Source: Smithellaceae bacterium (GTDB lineage Bacteria > Desulfobacterota > Syntrophia > Syntrophales > Smithellaceae). Taken from it: 64,000 nucleotides of DNA. Positions 1 through 9,364 of this stretch are shown piece after piece (position 1 is the stretch's first letter; every line of letters begins with the position of its first letter). Below the pieces are notes generated by a model. The model was not told where the DNA came from and ran no database searches. It was given only the letters and a program-made list of their open reading frames with translations. The position numbers and the translations under genes are program-made. The DNA lies in NCBI GenBank assembly GCA_963667845.2, contig CAXXVL010000002.1, positions 1,856,001-1,920,000 of the forward strand, written 5' to 3'.

Positions 1-387
1 GAAGCGCTCCTGACAAAATACCGTGACATTTATGACTTCGCCCCGGTCGGCTACTTCAGTCTGAATGCTGATGGAAAGATCATGCAGGCCAACCTTACCG
101 GTGCAAAACTACTTGGAATCGAACGCAGGCGCTTGATAGGTCAACAATTTCGATCTCATATCTCGAACACATCTTATCCTTCCTTCAATGCATTTTTCAA
201 CAAAACATTTGAAGGCGATACTATCCAGGAATGTGAATTGATGCTTTTGGAAAAGGAGGGTGTACCATCGCGATGCGTCCGGCTTGAAGCCAGATTGTCG
301 GAAGATAGAAAAGAATGCCATCTGGCCATGATTGACCTGACAAAACACAGGCTCTCCGAAGGCGAAAGCGCAGAGTTTACCAGTTAG
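1..387 (+). CDS. PAS-domain protein, 5'-truncated by window edge
   Basis: Frame is open from base 1 (EALLTKYRDIYDFAPVGYFSLNADGKIMQANLTGAKLLG), a typical PAS N-terminal pattern. Confidence 0.7.
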   Translation, partial: EALLTKYRDIYDFAPVGYFSLNADGKIMQANLTGAKLLGIERRRLIGQQFRSHISNTSYPSFNAFFNKTFEGDTIQECELMLLEKEGVPSRCVRLEARLSEDRKECHLAMIDLTKHRLSEGESAEFTS

Positions 388-497
388 ATTTGAGACAGGT
401 AATTTCTCGGTAAGATTACTTACCTCATTTCTCCTAAATATTATGTTGAGGCTGCCGAAATTCTTACCTCTTCATTAATCCCAAAGAGGAAAGGAAA

Positions 498-938
498 ATG
501 ATTAATACAGTTCTCGATATTATTCTTGTGGAAGATAATCCCGCTGATATTGAAATGACCTTGGATGCTCTGAAAGAAAACAACCTCGTCAACAGAGTCA
601 AGGTGTTGAAAGATGGCCAGGAGGCAGTAGATTACATTTTCCGGCAGGGAGAATACAGCACTTGCGGCATTTGTGAGCGCCCCACATTAATTCTTCTCGA
701 CCTTAAATTACCCAAAATTGACGGACTGGAGATTCTGAGGCGAATCAGGGCTGATGAACGCACGAAGACGATGCCGGTTGTCGTGCTTACATCATCTCCC
801 CAGGATCAAGACAGAATCGAAAGCTATGACCTTGGCGTGAGCAGCTACCTCACGAAGCCGGTCGAATTCGAAACTTTTACAAAAGTTGTCGCTCACATCG
901 GATTTTACTGGGTTTCAGTAAACAAATCGCCATTTTGA
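498..938 (+). CDS. single-domain response regulator receiver (Rcp1-like)
   Basis: LVEDN, LLDLKLP, VVVLTSS and YLTKP receiver motifs; ends FYW; SD GAGGAAAGG upstream. Confidence 0.9.
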   Translation: MINTVLDIILVEDNPADIEMTLDALKENNLVNRVKVLKDGQEAVDYIFRQGEYSTCGICERPTLILLDLKLPKIDGLEILRRIRADERTKTMPVVVLTSSPQDQDRIESYDLGVSSYLTKPVEFETFTKVVAHIGFYWVSVNKSPF

Positions 939-1086
939 TGTTGTAGCTGTCTCCGCTGCAGCACACTTTCGAATGGCAATCTTTACTTTTCTCGATATAC
1001 TGAAAGTGCGGACTCATAGGTGAATGATGCAAGACGTGCCATTTCCGAAAATTAAAACATAGATGATGTAATAAAGACAGTGATTT

Positions 1087-2958
1087 ATGAAAAGAGAAGC
1101 GGCGAATTTATTCAGCCTCAGCGAGGCAGCAGTCGGCGTTATCGCGCTCGTCGGACTGTATGTCATCAGCCGCTATAGCTATCCGGCATTCCACACGATC
1201 GCCGAGCTTTTCGGCATCATCATCGGATTCAGCCTGTTCATGCTGCTCTGGAATTCACGGCGGATCATCGATAACAATTATCTGGTGTTCATAGGCATCG
1301 CCTACGTCAGCGTGGCCGGCCTGGATCTCATCCATACGCTTGCCTATAGGGAAATCAACCTTTTCATCGGATACGGAACGAACCTGCCGACCCAACTATG
1401 GATCGCCGCGCGGTATGTCGAAAGCATATCGCTCCTCACCGCCCCCTTTTTCATCCACCGGAAACTGAAACCCGGTTGGACCCTTGCCAGTTACATTGCA
1501 TTGACGGTGGTTCTCCTGACGTCCGCTTTCGGCGGATTGTTCCCCGATTGCTATATCGATGGAATCGGCCTGACCCCTTTCAAAATCATTAGCGAGTATA
1601 TAATCTCCGCCATTCTCCTGTGCTCACTGATACTGCTGCTCCGGAATCGGAATGAATTTGACCGGGATATCCTGGTCCTCCTGACCCTGTCGATCATCAT
1701 CACGATCGGATCGGAGCTCGCTTTCACATTCTATGTAGGTTTCTATGATATTCCGAACCTGATCGGACACTACCTGAAAATTATATCCTTCTACCTCATT
1801 TATAAGGCCATCATTGAGATGGGCCTTTCGAAACCCTATAATCTGATGTTCAGGAATCTTCAGCAGCACGAGATGGCTCTGCGCGAGAGCGAGGAGAGGC
1901 ACCGGCTGCTCTTCGAACATAGCATGGATGCCATCCTGCAGATGCTGCCGGATGGCAGAATTCTATCCGCAAATCCGACAGCGTGCCGGATGTTCGGCTG
2001 TACAGAGGCAGAATTAGTGCAGTTGGGCAGGGACGGCATCGCCGACAGCAGCGATCCGAGATTGGGTCCCGCGATGGAAGAGCGTGCACGCACCGGTATG
2101 TTCAAAGGTGAATTGACCTACATGCGCAAAGACAAAACCAAGTTTCCAGTGGATATCACCAGTGTGAGCTTCCGGGATGAAGGAGGAACCGTCAGATCCA
2201 GTATATTCATCCGCGACATCACCGAACGCAAATTGGCGGCGGACGCTGTCATTCATCAGGCGGCAAAGCTGGAAGCCATGAACCAGGAACTGGAGTCCTT
2301 CGCCTATTCCGTCTCCCATGACCTGCGCGCCCCCCTGCGGGCCATCGACGGGTATTCGCGGATGATTCTTAGTAAGCAGGGCGACAAATTTGATGACGAG
2401 ACGAAGACCAGGTTCAACGTCATCAGGCATACTACCGCGACTATGGCAAAATTGATCGATGATCTCCTGGAGTTCTCACGGATGGGCAGAAAAGATCTGC
2501 ACATCACTGAGATCGATATGCGCCAGCTGCTGGCGACCACGTGGGAAGAGCTGCAGGGACTCCACCCGGACCGGCGGATGACGCTGACGATGAATGAACT
2601 GCAGCCCGCCTGGGGAGATACCGCCCTCATCAAACAAGTCCTCATCAACATTCTTTCCAATGCCGTCAAATTCACTAAGGGCCGGGAAGAGGCTCTCATT
2701 GAAGTGGGCAACTGCATTGAGGAGAATGCGACGGTATACTACATCCGCGACAACGGTGTCGGCTTCGATATGCGGTACAGTGATAAATTGTTCAAGGTCT
2801 TCCAGCGTCTCCATAGCGCCGACAATTTCGAGGGCACCGGGGTGGGCTTGTCCATCGTTCAGCGGATCATCGACCGGCACGGAGGCCGCATCTGGGCGGA
2901 ATCGGAAGTGAGCAAGGGTGCAACGTTCTACTTCACGCTTCCGACCCGGCAAGAATGA
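1087..2958 (+). CDS. MASE3-PAS sensor histidine kinase
   Basis: Multi-TM N-terminus (FHTIAELF...QLWIAARY), PAS domain, H-box SVSHDLRAPL, N-box NILSNAVKF, G boxes DNGVGF and GTGVGL. Confidence 0.9.
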   Translation: MKREAANLFSLSEAAVGVIALVGLYVISRYSYPAFHTIAELFGIIIGFSLFMLLWNSRRIIDNNYLVFIGIAYVSVAGLDLIHTLAYREINLFIGYGTNLPTQLWIAARYVESISLLTAPFFIHRKLKPGWTLASYIALTVVLLTSAFGGLFPDCYIDGIGLTPFKIISEYIISAILLCSLILLLRNRNEFDRDILVLLTLSIIITIGSELAFTFYVGFYDIPNLIGHYLKIISFYLIYKAIIEMGLSKPYNLMFRNLQQHEMALRESEERHRLLFEHSMDAILQMLPDGRILSANPTACRMFGCTEAELVQLGRDGIADSSDPRLGPAMEERARTGMFKGELTYMRKDKTKFPVDITSVSFRDEGGTVRSSIFIRDITERKLAADAVIHQAAKLEAMNQELESFAYSVSHDLRAPLRAIDGYSRMILSKQGDKFDDETKTRFNVIRHTTATMAKLIDDLLEFSRMGRKDLHITEIDMRQLLATTWEELQGLHPDRRMTLTMNELQPAWGDTALIKQVLINILSNAVKFTKGREEALIEVGNCIEENATVYYIRDNGVGFDMRYSDKLFKVFQRLHSADNFEGTGVGLSIVQRIIDRHGGRIWAESEVSKGATFYFTLPTRQE

Positions 2959-3133
2959 TGCTTTGACATTTGTCATGCACCCTTCCAAACGGTAATCTTT
3001 GCTTTTCACGGAATGCTGACGGCGTTTAGTCATAGGTGAACCATTGGTAAGAATGAAATATTTAGAGTAGCGTCTATCATATCAATGATACGCTGGGGCA
3101 AATTATCCTTCCAGAAACACTCTGAGTGAGATA

Positions 3134-3661
3134 ATGCTGTATGGAAAGTATTTTTCTGCCATTCAATGGATGTCCTTAATGAAGAAATGTTACCCAAATA
3201 AAGCATTAAAGATTCCTTGCCAAATATCATTCCTATTTGTCATTTCTATCTTGCTTGTCTCTTGTGCAAATTGGCTACTGGAGAAGCCATCCTTCACTCT
3301 TCGTGCAGTCAATATCCGTCCAGTCTCCTTTACAGAGACGAATCTTATTCTCGATCTCGATGTACAAAATCCCAATAATTATGATCTGACACTTAAATCT
3401 TTTGTCTACACCATTTACCTTAGAAATGAAGATATTGGAAATGGGCATTTGGAGAAGGGAATCTTGATTCCCTCATCATCAACGACGCAGATAATGGTGC
3501 CTCTCGTTGTAAAATTTAGAGATTTCAATAAAACCCTGAATGTTATTTTTGCGGGGGATGATCTGCCATACAAGATAGAGGGGAATGCCAGCGTCGGTTC
3601 GGTATTCGGAAGCCTCAATTTCCCTTTCTCAACAGAAGGACGCATCAACTTGAAAAACTGA
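3134..3661 (+). CDS. LEA type 2 (WHy domain) lipoprotein; real start probably later (~3179)
   Basis: Lipobox-like LLVSC and VQNPN motif typical of LEA_2. Confidence 0.75.
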   Translation: MLYGKYFSAIQWMSLMKKCYPNKALKIPCQISFLFVISILLVSCANWLLEKPSFTLRAVNIRPVSFTETNLILDLDVQNPNNYDLTLKSFVYTIYLRNEDIGNGHLEKGILIPSSSTTQIMVPLVVKFRDFNKTLNVIFAGDDLPYKIEGNASVGSVFGSLNFPFSTEGRINLKN

Positions 3662-3705
3662 TGCATGAAAACAAAAGAACCAAAACCAGATAAGAGCCCT
3701 CTCCA

Positions 3706-3957
3706 ATGACCAACATTGAATCAATCTATGAAATCAAATCCGCCGTTCTTGATCTTCGCAGGTACTCATCTTCAAATAGTGAATATGTATCCAACAAGGT
3801 AAAAGTAAAATATCGAAAATTGCTTGATCGGTTCTTCAGGGAAAATGAAAGCTTCGTAACACCCCAACAACGGCAGTCATGTTTGCATGATGCTGACTAT
3901 TTTCTGATTCTCATGGATGAAGTAGTAGAGAAGTCTTACTTGGAATTGGCGGGATAA
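3706..3957 (+). CDS. hypothetical protein
   Basis: 83 aa ORF co-oriented with neighbours; no recognisable motif. Confidence 0.45.
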   Translation: MTNIESIYEIKSAVLDLRRYSSSNSEYVSNKVKVKYRKLLDRFFRENESFVTPQQRQSCLHDADYFLILMDEVVEKSYLELAG

Positions 3958-4020
3958 TGTGAAACGCAGAGTCCTGCGCTATCGGATTAAACAAAAGATA
4001 ATTTAGCAAGGAGGACAAAG

Positions 4021-4332
4021 ATGATTTGTGTAGTTGCTACAATCGCTTTAAAGGATGGAATGAGGGAAAATTATTTAGAAGAAATACGCAAGATAGTACC
4101 CATAGTGCGAAGAGAAAAAGGATGTATTGAATATACTCCAACAGCAGATGCAGATACCGGTTCCAACTTTCAAATAAAGAATAGACCTGACACAGTCGTA
4201 ATATTGGAGAAGTGGGAGAATCTCGAAGCGCTGAAGAATCACGGTATATCCCCTCATATGACTGATTTTAGGCATTCAGTTAAAGAATTTATGCAGTCCA
4301 TTCAATTACAGATCCTAACACCCATAGAATAA
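4021..4332 (+). CDS. ABM-family (YgiN-like) monooxygenase
   Basis: VRREKGCIEY and ILEKWENLEALKNH patterns; SD AGGAGG. Confidence 0.85.
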   Translation: MICVVATIALKDGMRENYLEEIRKIVPIVRREKGCIEYTPTADADTGSNFQIKNRPDTVVILEKWENLEALKNHGISPHMTDFRHSVKEFMQSIQLQILTPIE

Positions 4333-4434
4333 TGCCGGTAGTATACAGGTAGACACAGAATGATATATTAAATTGTTCTTCGGGAGAAAAGTTTTTTATA
4401 TTATGGAATATCAAAAACCACATGGAGGATCATT

Positions 4435-4722
4435 ATGGCAATGACTAAAAAAGATCTCATGGACATTCACTATGAGCAAACAGATTTATCAAGAAAAGAA
4501 TGTGTGCCCGCTATTGAGTCAACCTTTGAGATAATCAAGAATGAACTCGAAAAAGGCAATTCAGTAAAAATTTCCGGATTTGGTAAATGGACTGTCAAAT
4601 CTAAAAGGGAGCGAATCGGCAGGAACCCACAGACTGGTGATCGGATGACCATAGATGCAAAAAAAGTTGTTACGTTTAAACCCTCAGCAGTATTGAAGTC
4701 TGCCTTAAATTCTGAACGGTAA
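4435..4722 (+). CDS. ihfA: integration host factor alpha / HU family protein
   Basis: MTKKDL...VKISGFGKW...GRNPQTG...VVTFKPS; SD GGAGG. Confidence 0.85.
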   Translation: MAMTKKDLMDIHYEQTDLSRKECVPAIESTFEIIKNELEKGNSVKISGFGKWTVKSKRERIGRNPQTGDRMTIDAKKVVTFKPSAVLKSALNSER

Positions 4723-4758
4723 TTGATCAAATAAACTCAATACAGTGCAATTTAAACA

Positions 4759-5334
4759 ATGATATTTCGTCTCACCTCAAAACTGGCCAAGAAAATCGGG
4801 ATCGCTGCATTATCAGCTATCCCATATGATGATAACAGAAACCCCATACTTGACTGGAACGCACATCTATTCACAGTCCAGCGCACCCAATATATAATTC
4901 TAACAAACACTGCATCATTATACTCCATGATTCTCTTGGGAAGAGGAATTACGAACGATAAGAATTTCATTCGAGAAACATTATCCTGTATGGAAGAGTT
5001 TATGATCATCGACGGGAATAAAGCCGTGTATAAAAATATCATCGAACCGGAGGTGCAAAGAATATTCTTTTCTAAAATAGTTGATCGGCGGGTCTTGGGA
5101 TCAATGAACGATCTTATATTTCAGGCCAAGATCCATCTATCTGAGGGTCAGAAATCGCCACTTGATGTTTCATTTCTTTTGAATGAATCTCCGATGTCAT
5201 ATTTGAACTATAACCGTCCCAAAGATGCATTCCGGAAACTATATTTTAAAGACGGAGATTTACCTGGTAATAGGCAAATAAAGAATAACGTGATTAACAT
5301 TAACGACCATAGACGGCCGAAAACAAAATCTTGA
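4759..5334 (+). CDS. DUF6933-like protein
   Basis: LTSKLAKK, DWNAHLF, RRVLGSMND and LNESPM patterns recalled from this family. Confidence 0.6.
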   Translation: MIFRLTSKLAKKIGIAALSAIPYDDNRNPILDWNAHLFTVQRTQYIILTNTASLYSMILLGRGITNDKNFIRETLSCMEEFMIIDGNKAVYKNIIEPEVQRIFFSKIVDRRVLGSMNDLIFQAKIHLSEGQKSPLDVSFLLNESPMSYLNYNRPKDAFRKLYFKDGDLPGNRQIKNNVININDHRRPKTKS

Positions 5335-5435
5335 TATCCATCCGTAAACAAAGAAGGAATTGATGGCCATATTTAAACCTTATTCGATGGTTTTAGACTC
5401 ATGGTAACCAAGCCAATTACTGAAAGAGGTGCACT

Positions 5436-6635
5436 ACGCAAAAGGTTATACTTCTGGTTGACATGAATGCCTTCTTTATAAGTTGTGAAATGACAAGGAA
5501 CGATTCTCTTGTCGGAACTCCAGCTGCTGTTGCCGGCGATCCGAAGAAGCGTTCTGGCATCATTCTAGCGGCAAACTATGAGGCAAGGGCGTGTGGAATC
5601 AAGACTACCATGGTTCTTCATGAAGCTTTAAGACTTTGCCCTAAATTAATTTTAGTCCCCCCAGATCATCATTTCTATGGCCAGAAGTCAGAAGAAGTCA
5701 TGGACTTACTATCGAACTATACTCCTATCCTGGAACAAAACAGCATCGATGAAGCCTGGCTAGACATGACAGGGTGCGAAGGTCTTTTTGGTAACCCTCT
5801 GGATGCTGCTAAACGTATCATGGCTGAGATCAAAGACAGACTCGGACTTTGGTGCTCAATCGGGATCGCTGAAAACAAGTTTCTGGCAAAAATGGCAGCT
5901 GAAATGAAGAAGCCACTCGGCATTACCGAACTATGGAAACCTGACATTCCATTAAAACTATGGCCGCTTCCAGTGAAAGAAATGTACGGTATTGGTGCTA
6001 AGACTGCTGAAAAGCTGAATCGCATGGGAATAAAGACCATCGGTGATCTTGCAAAGCGTGACGTAGCCCTTATTGTCCAAAGTTTTGGGAAAGGTGGGAA
6101 TGAAATTCATCTGCACGCCAATGGGATAGACAATTCTCCTGTTCTGGCTCGCATGGCTGATGATATGAAATCCATCGGGCGATCGACAACACTGCCTGAA
6201 GATATATCTGACATCGAGAAAGCAAAAATAGTCCTTATGGAGCTTGCTGATGATATTGGCATGACTGCAAGAAGACATGACAAAAAAGGTCGCACAATAC
6301 ATATCACCCTGAAATATTCTGATTTTCAGGTCGTCACCAGACAGATAACCATTCCGGCGACTCATACCACCAAGGAAGTTTATCATGCTGGTTGCGGTCT
6401 GCTTGAACAAAATTGGGATAGGACCCATCCAGTAAGATTAATCGGAATAAGCCTTTCGGGATTTCATGAAGACTGCGTTTCAGATCAGCTGTCGCTTTTT
6501 GATCAAATAAAAGACAATACAAAAAGTGAGAAGGATAAACGAATTGACAATGCTATGGACAAAATAAGAAACAAACACGGCACCGAAACAATAACCTTTG
6601 CCACATTGGTTAAGAAAGACATAGATGGTAAGTGA
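5436..6635 (+). CDS. dinB: DNA polymerase IV (Y family); apparent ACG start at 5436
   Basis: (M)QKVILLVDMNAFF, AANYEAR, SIDEAWLD and NKFLAKMA motifs. The ORF-track ATG at 5463 lies after the catalytic Asp codon. Confidence 0.85.
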   Translation, partial: TQKVILLVDMNAFFISCEMTRNDSLVGTPAAVAGDPKKRSGIILAANYEARACGIKTTMVLHEALRLCPKLILVPPDHHFYGQKSEEVMDLLSNYTPILEQNSIDEAWLDMTGCEGLFGNPLDAAKRIMAEIKDRLGLWCSIGIAENKFLAKMAAEMKKPLGITELWKPDIPLKLWPLPVKEMYGIGAKTAEKLNRMGIKTIGDLAKRDVALIVQSFGKGGNEIHLHANGIDNSPVLARMADDMKSIGRSTTLPEDISDIEKAKIVLMELADDIGMTARRHDKKGRTIHITLKYSDFQVVTRQITIPATHTTKEVYHAGCGLLEQNWDRTHPVRLIGISLSGFHEDCVSDQLSLFDQIKDNTKSEKDKRIDNAMDKIRNKHGTETITFATLVKKDIDGK

Positions 6636-6645
6636 TGATTACTGT

Positions 6646-6820
6646 TGTAGCTACTGTGGTATTAGCTATGCCAAAATAATACTTGCAGCTATTCAACCTT
6701 CTTCAAGTCGCGTGATCATAGCTGTAACCATAGCTGTAATGACTGCCGGAGAGTTAATGGGAAAGCCACCATAGCTACTTGGAGGTACAGCTAAAATATG
6801 AATAATAGCTTTGTAGCTTC
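6646..6820. repeat. cluster of nine AGCT-core motifs including tandem CATAGCTGTAA x2
   Basis: AGCT at 6649, 6664, 6687, 6720, 6732, 6773, 6789, 6807 and 6815. Confidence 0.6.
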
Positions 6821-6824
6821 TTTG

Positions 6825-8306
6825 TCAGTACCTGGAACTGAAAATATTAACTAAAAAATTAATCCTCCGAATAATCGGCACAAGCCAAGTTTCGGGCCAG
6901 AAAAACATTAAAATAAAATATATCAGTACTAAGACCATAATAACAATTTTTATCAGAGCTTCGATATCCTTGTCGGATAAGCCTTCTTTTGTGGGTTTCT
7001 TATCTTGAGCTGTAATTGGGGTGGGCGGTAAATGATCTTTTGCTTTATTAAGTGATTCCGGTTGAGTGATAAAGGTTTCTGGTATTTTATTATCCATTGA
7101 GATAAATTCTTCTGCTGGCAATTTTTCAACTTTTTCGTTTGGCCACTTACTCAAAAGACGCTCGACAGATTTAGCTTTCTCCGTTTTAAAACTTGGAGCT
7201 AACAAGAATAGCAAATCAAAAATATTTTTAATACCTTCTTTATCTATATCTTGAAAGAATTCAGTATTTGTATTGAGCACCTTAATTAAGCTACGTCCAA
7301 TGCCTGCAATTCCTTGTTTTGTTGGCCAGATATCAAGTTGCTTTGCCTGCGTTTTTAGTTGTTTTTCACATTGTTTCCCTTTAAGATAATTTTCTTCTTT
7401 TAGAATCCACTCAACCAAATTTCTATAATTTTGTGCCTCTTGATTAAACGCGGGTACCGTCTCTTTTTCAAGATTGCTATTTTGAAAAATATTCTGCGGG
7501 ATATTATCTATGCTGATTGTATTACCACTGGCCTTAATCATCATTGTTTCCATAGTATTAAGCAATTCCCGAACATTGCCCGGCCATGAGTAATCAACAA
7601 GGACATTAACCACCTTGCCTGGTATGGATATTGTCCGGCCCAGTTTTGTGTTGAACATGTCAACAAAGTACTCAATCAATAAAGGAATGTCTTCTTTCCT
7701 TTTTCTAAGGGATGGCATATGAATCGTAAAAACTTTAATCCTGTGATAAAGGTCATTCCTAAACCTTCCTGCCTTGATATCCTCTTCAAGATTACGATTC
7801 GTAGCCGTAAGCAAACGGACATCTACGCGAACAATTTCTGAACCGCCTACACGCTGAAATTCATGTGCCTGAAGGACCCGTAGCAATTGAACCTGCGCAC
7901 TCGGAGATAATTCCCCTACCTCGTCAAGAAACAGTGTTCCCCCATTTGCCTGTTCAAATTTTCCTTTCTTTTGGCCTATTGCACCAGTAAAAGCCCCCTT
8001 TTCATGACCGAAAAGCTCGCTTTCAATAAGTGTCTCTGTAATAGCTCCACAGTTAATTGCTATGAAAGGATTATCTCTCCGACTGCTATTATTGTGGATT
8101 GCACGAGCAATTAATTCCTTGCCTGTGCCCGACTCACCAGTGATCAGGACAGTCGTATTTTCTGTTTTGCTAACCTTATCTACTAATTCCAGGACATCGG
8201 TCATAACCTTTGAATTAGAAATGATTGTCGGGACAGAACTATGCGGGTTTAAATTCGTTATTTTCGAGTTGTTATTATTTTTATTTTCCACTTTTACGTC
8301 GGCCAT
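6825..8306 (-). CDS. sigma54-dependent activator (bEBP AAA+) with no N-terminal sensor and a C-terminal hydrophobic segment
   Basis: Walker [24 protein letters not shown], Walker [16 protein letters not shown]-terminal [20 protein letters not shown] 8306 has SD GAGGT; GTG 8396 is an alternative start. Confidence 0.85.
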   Translation of the reverse strand: MADVKVENKNNNNSKITNLNPHSSVPTIISNSKVMTDVLELVDKVSKTENTTVLITGESGTGKELIARAIHNNSSRRDNPFIAINCGAITETLIESELFGHEKGAFTGAIGQKKGKFEQANGGTLFLDEVGELSPSAQVQLLRVLQAHEFQRVGGSEIVRVDVRLLTATNRNLEEDIKAGRFRNDLYHRIKVFTIHMPSLRKRKEDIPLLIEYFVDMFNTKLGRTISIPGKVVNVLVDYSWPGNVRELLNTMETMMIKASGNTISIDNIPQNIFQNSNLEKETVPAFNQEAQNYRNLVEWILKEENYLKGKQCEKQLKTQAKQLDIWPTKQGIAGIGRSLIKVLNTNTEFFQDIDKEGIKNIFDLLFLLAPSFKTEKAKSVERLLSKWPNEKVEKLPAEEFISMDNKIPETFITQPESLNKAKDHLPPTPITAQDKKPTKEGLSDKDIEALIKIVIMVLVLIYFILMFFWPETWLVPIIRRINFLVNIFSSRY

Positions 8307-8416
8307 ATTATTAAACCTCGTTTTTTTACTTTTATCATAATGCTCATTTCTGTCTACAATTTTATGATCTATCCTTAAATCTTCGTCCCCCGGCACGCTT
8401 CAATATATCTTAAAAA

Positions 8417-8448
8417 TGCCCCAGAGTTACCCCAGAACATCTGGGGCA
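8417..8448. promoter_or_regulatory. inverted repeat, candidate upstream activator sequence
   Basis: TGCCCCAGA (8417-8425) and TCTGGGGCA (8440-8448), with an extra CCCCAGA at 8430-8436. Confidence 0.55.
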
Positions 8449-8498
8449 ATAATTGTCTTTATCTACACTCATAAGCAATTAAATTAATATTAATATAA

Positions 8499-8511
8499 AA
8501 TCAATATGTTA
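8499..8511 (+). promoter_or_regulatory. IHF binding site
   Basis: AATCAA-TATG-TTA matches WATCAANNNNTTR exactly, with an AT-rich tract upstream. Confidence 0.65.
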
Positions 8512-8537
8512 CAATTTAGATTTAATTTATTTTCGTA

Positions 8538-8552
8538 TGGCACAGACATTGC
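8538..8552 (+). promoter_or_regulatory. sigma54 (-24/-12) promoter
   Basis: TGGCAC-AGACA-TTGC with exact GG-N10-GC spacing. Confidence 0.75.
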
Positions 8553-8918
8553 CATTGTTGAAAGCAGATTATTAATCTGCAAAATGTTGTTGCAGAATTA
8601 ATGGACGCCCCTTCTATTTTAAAGAAAGCAGAAAAAAGAAGAGGGATAAGTCTGAACGATGCTCCTTGACAACAGAATACCGGAGCCAAAAACTGAGAGC
8701 CGTGTGGGCATAGGGCGGCAGCGAGTAGCCCGAGATCGAAAACCGCTCAGTGAATGGTAACGGTGGTGAGATAATGACCAGCCGGAAATCGGTCATAAAC
8801 ACAGAGAAAGCAAACTTCTACGCATCGTATGGATGGGATGAAACAGGGTTCCCTGCACTGCAGGGTTATTGAAATAGCGATGAAAGTAAACAATTAAACA
8901 AAAGGAAGGAGTCCTGTC

Positions 8919-8996
8919 ATGATTAAACATAGATACATACATCAAGCTAAGCTTCTTCCTTGGCTTGATATATTCAATAATAATGATTTCAAATGA
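8919..8996 (+). CDS. 25 aa leader ORF coupled to the xis-like gene
   Basis: SD AGGAAGGAG at 8903-8911; MIKHRYIHQAKLLPWLDIFNNNDFK; its stop overlaps the next start (ATGA 8993-8996). Confidence 0.45.
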   Translation: MIKHRYIHQAKLLPWLDIFNNNDFK

Positions 8997-9364
8997 TAAA
9001 TACTGAACTTGCCCAAAATTACGGATGCTGTATTACCGCTACAGAATTGGCAGAATTTCTCCACCTTGACCGCCGCACAGTGATAAAGTATGCTAGTCGT
9101 TGGGGTGGTGTGGAAGTCACACCCAATACATGGCGGTTCTTTGAAAACAGAATAATGGAGGTTCTCAATGCCGAGCAAGGTTTTGAAAAGAGGCATATCA
9201 CGATACAGAGCCAGTGTAACGGTAAAAGGAATAACGAGACAAAGGATATTTCAGGACAATTCACAAAAGTCGAAAAGGGAAGCTTATCTTTGGGAAGAGG
9301 AAACAAGAAAAAGCTTGGAGAAAGAGCTGTCACAGATAAATACGGGATTTTTGACAATTGGTGA
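8993..9364 (+). CDS. excisionase-like HTH protein overlapping the integrase
   Basis: ITATELAEFLHLDRRTVIKY...GG...WRF, an HTH_17/Xis-like pattern directly upstream of int. Confidence 0.65.
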   Translation: MINTELAQNYGCCITATELAEFLHLDRRTVIKYASRWGGVEVTPNTWRFFENRIMEVLNAEQGFEKRHITIQSQCNGKRNNETKDISGQFTKVEKGSLSLGRGNKKKLGERAVTDKYGIFDNW

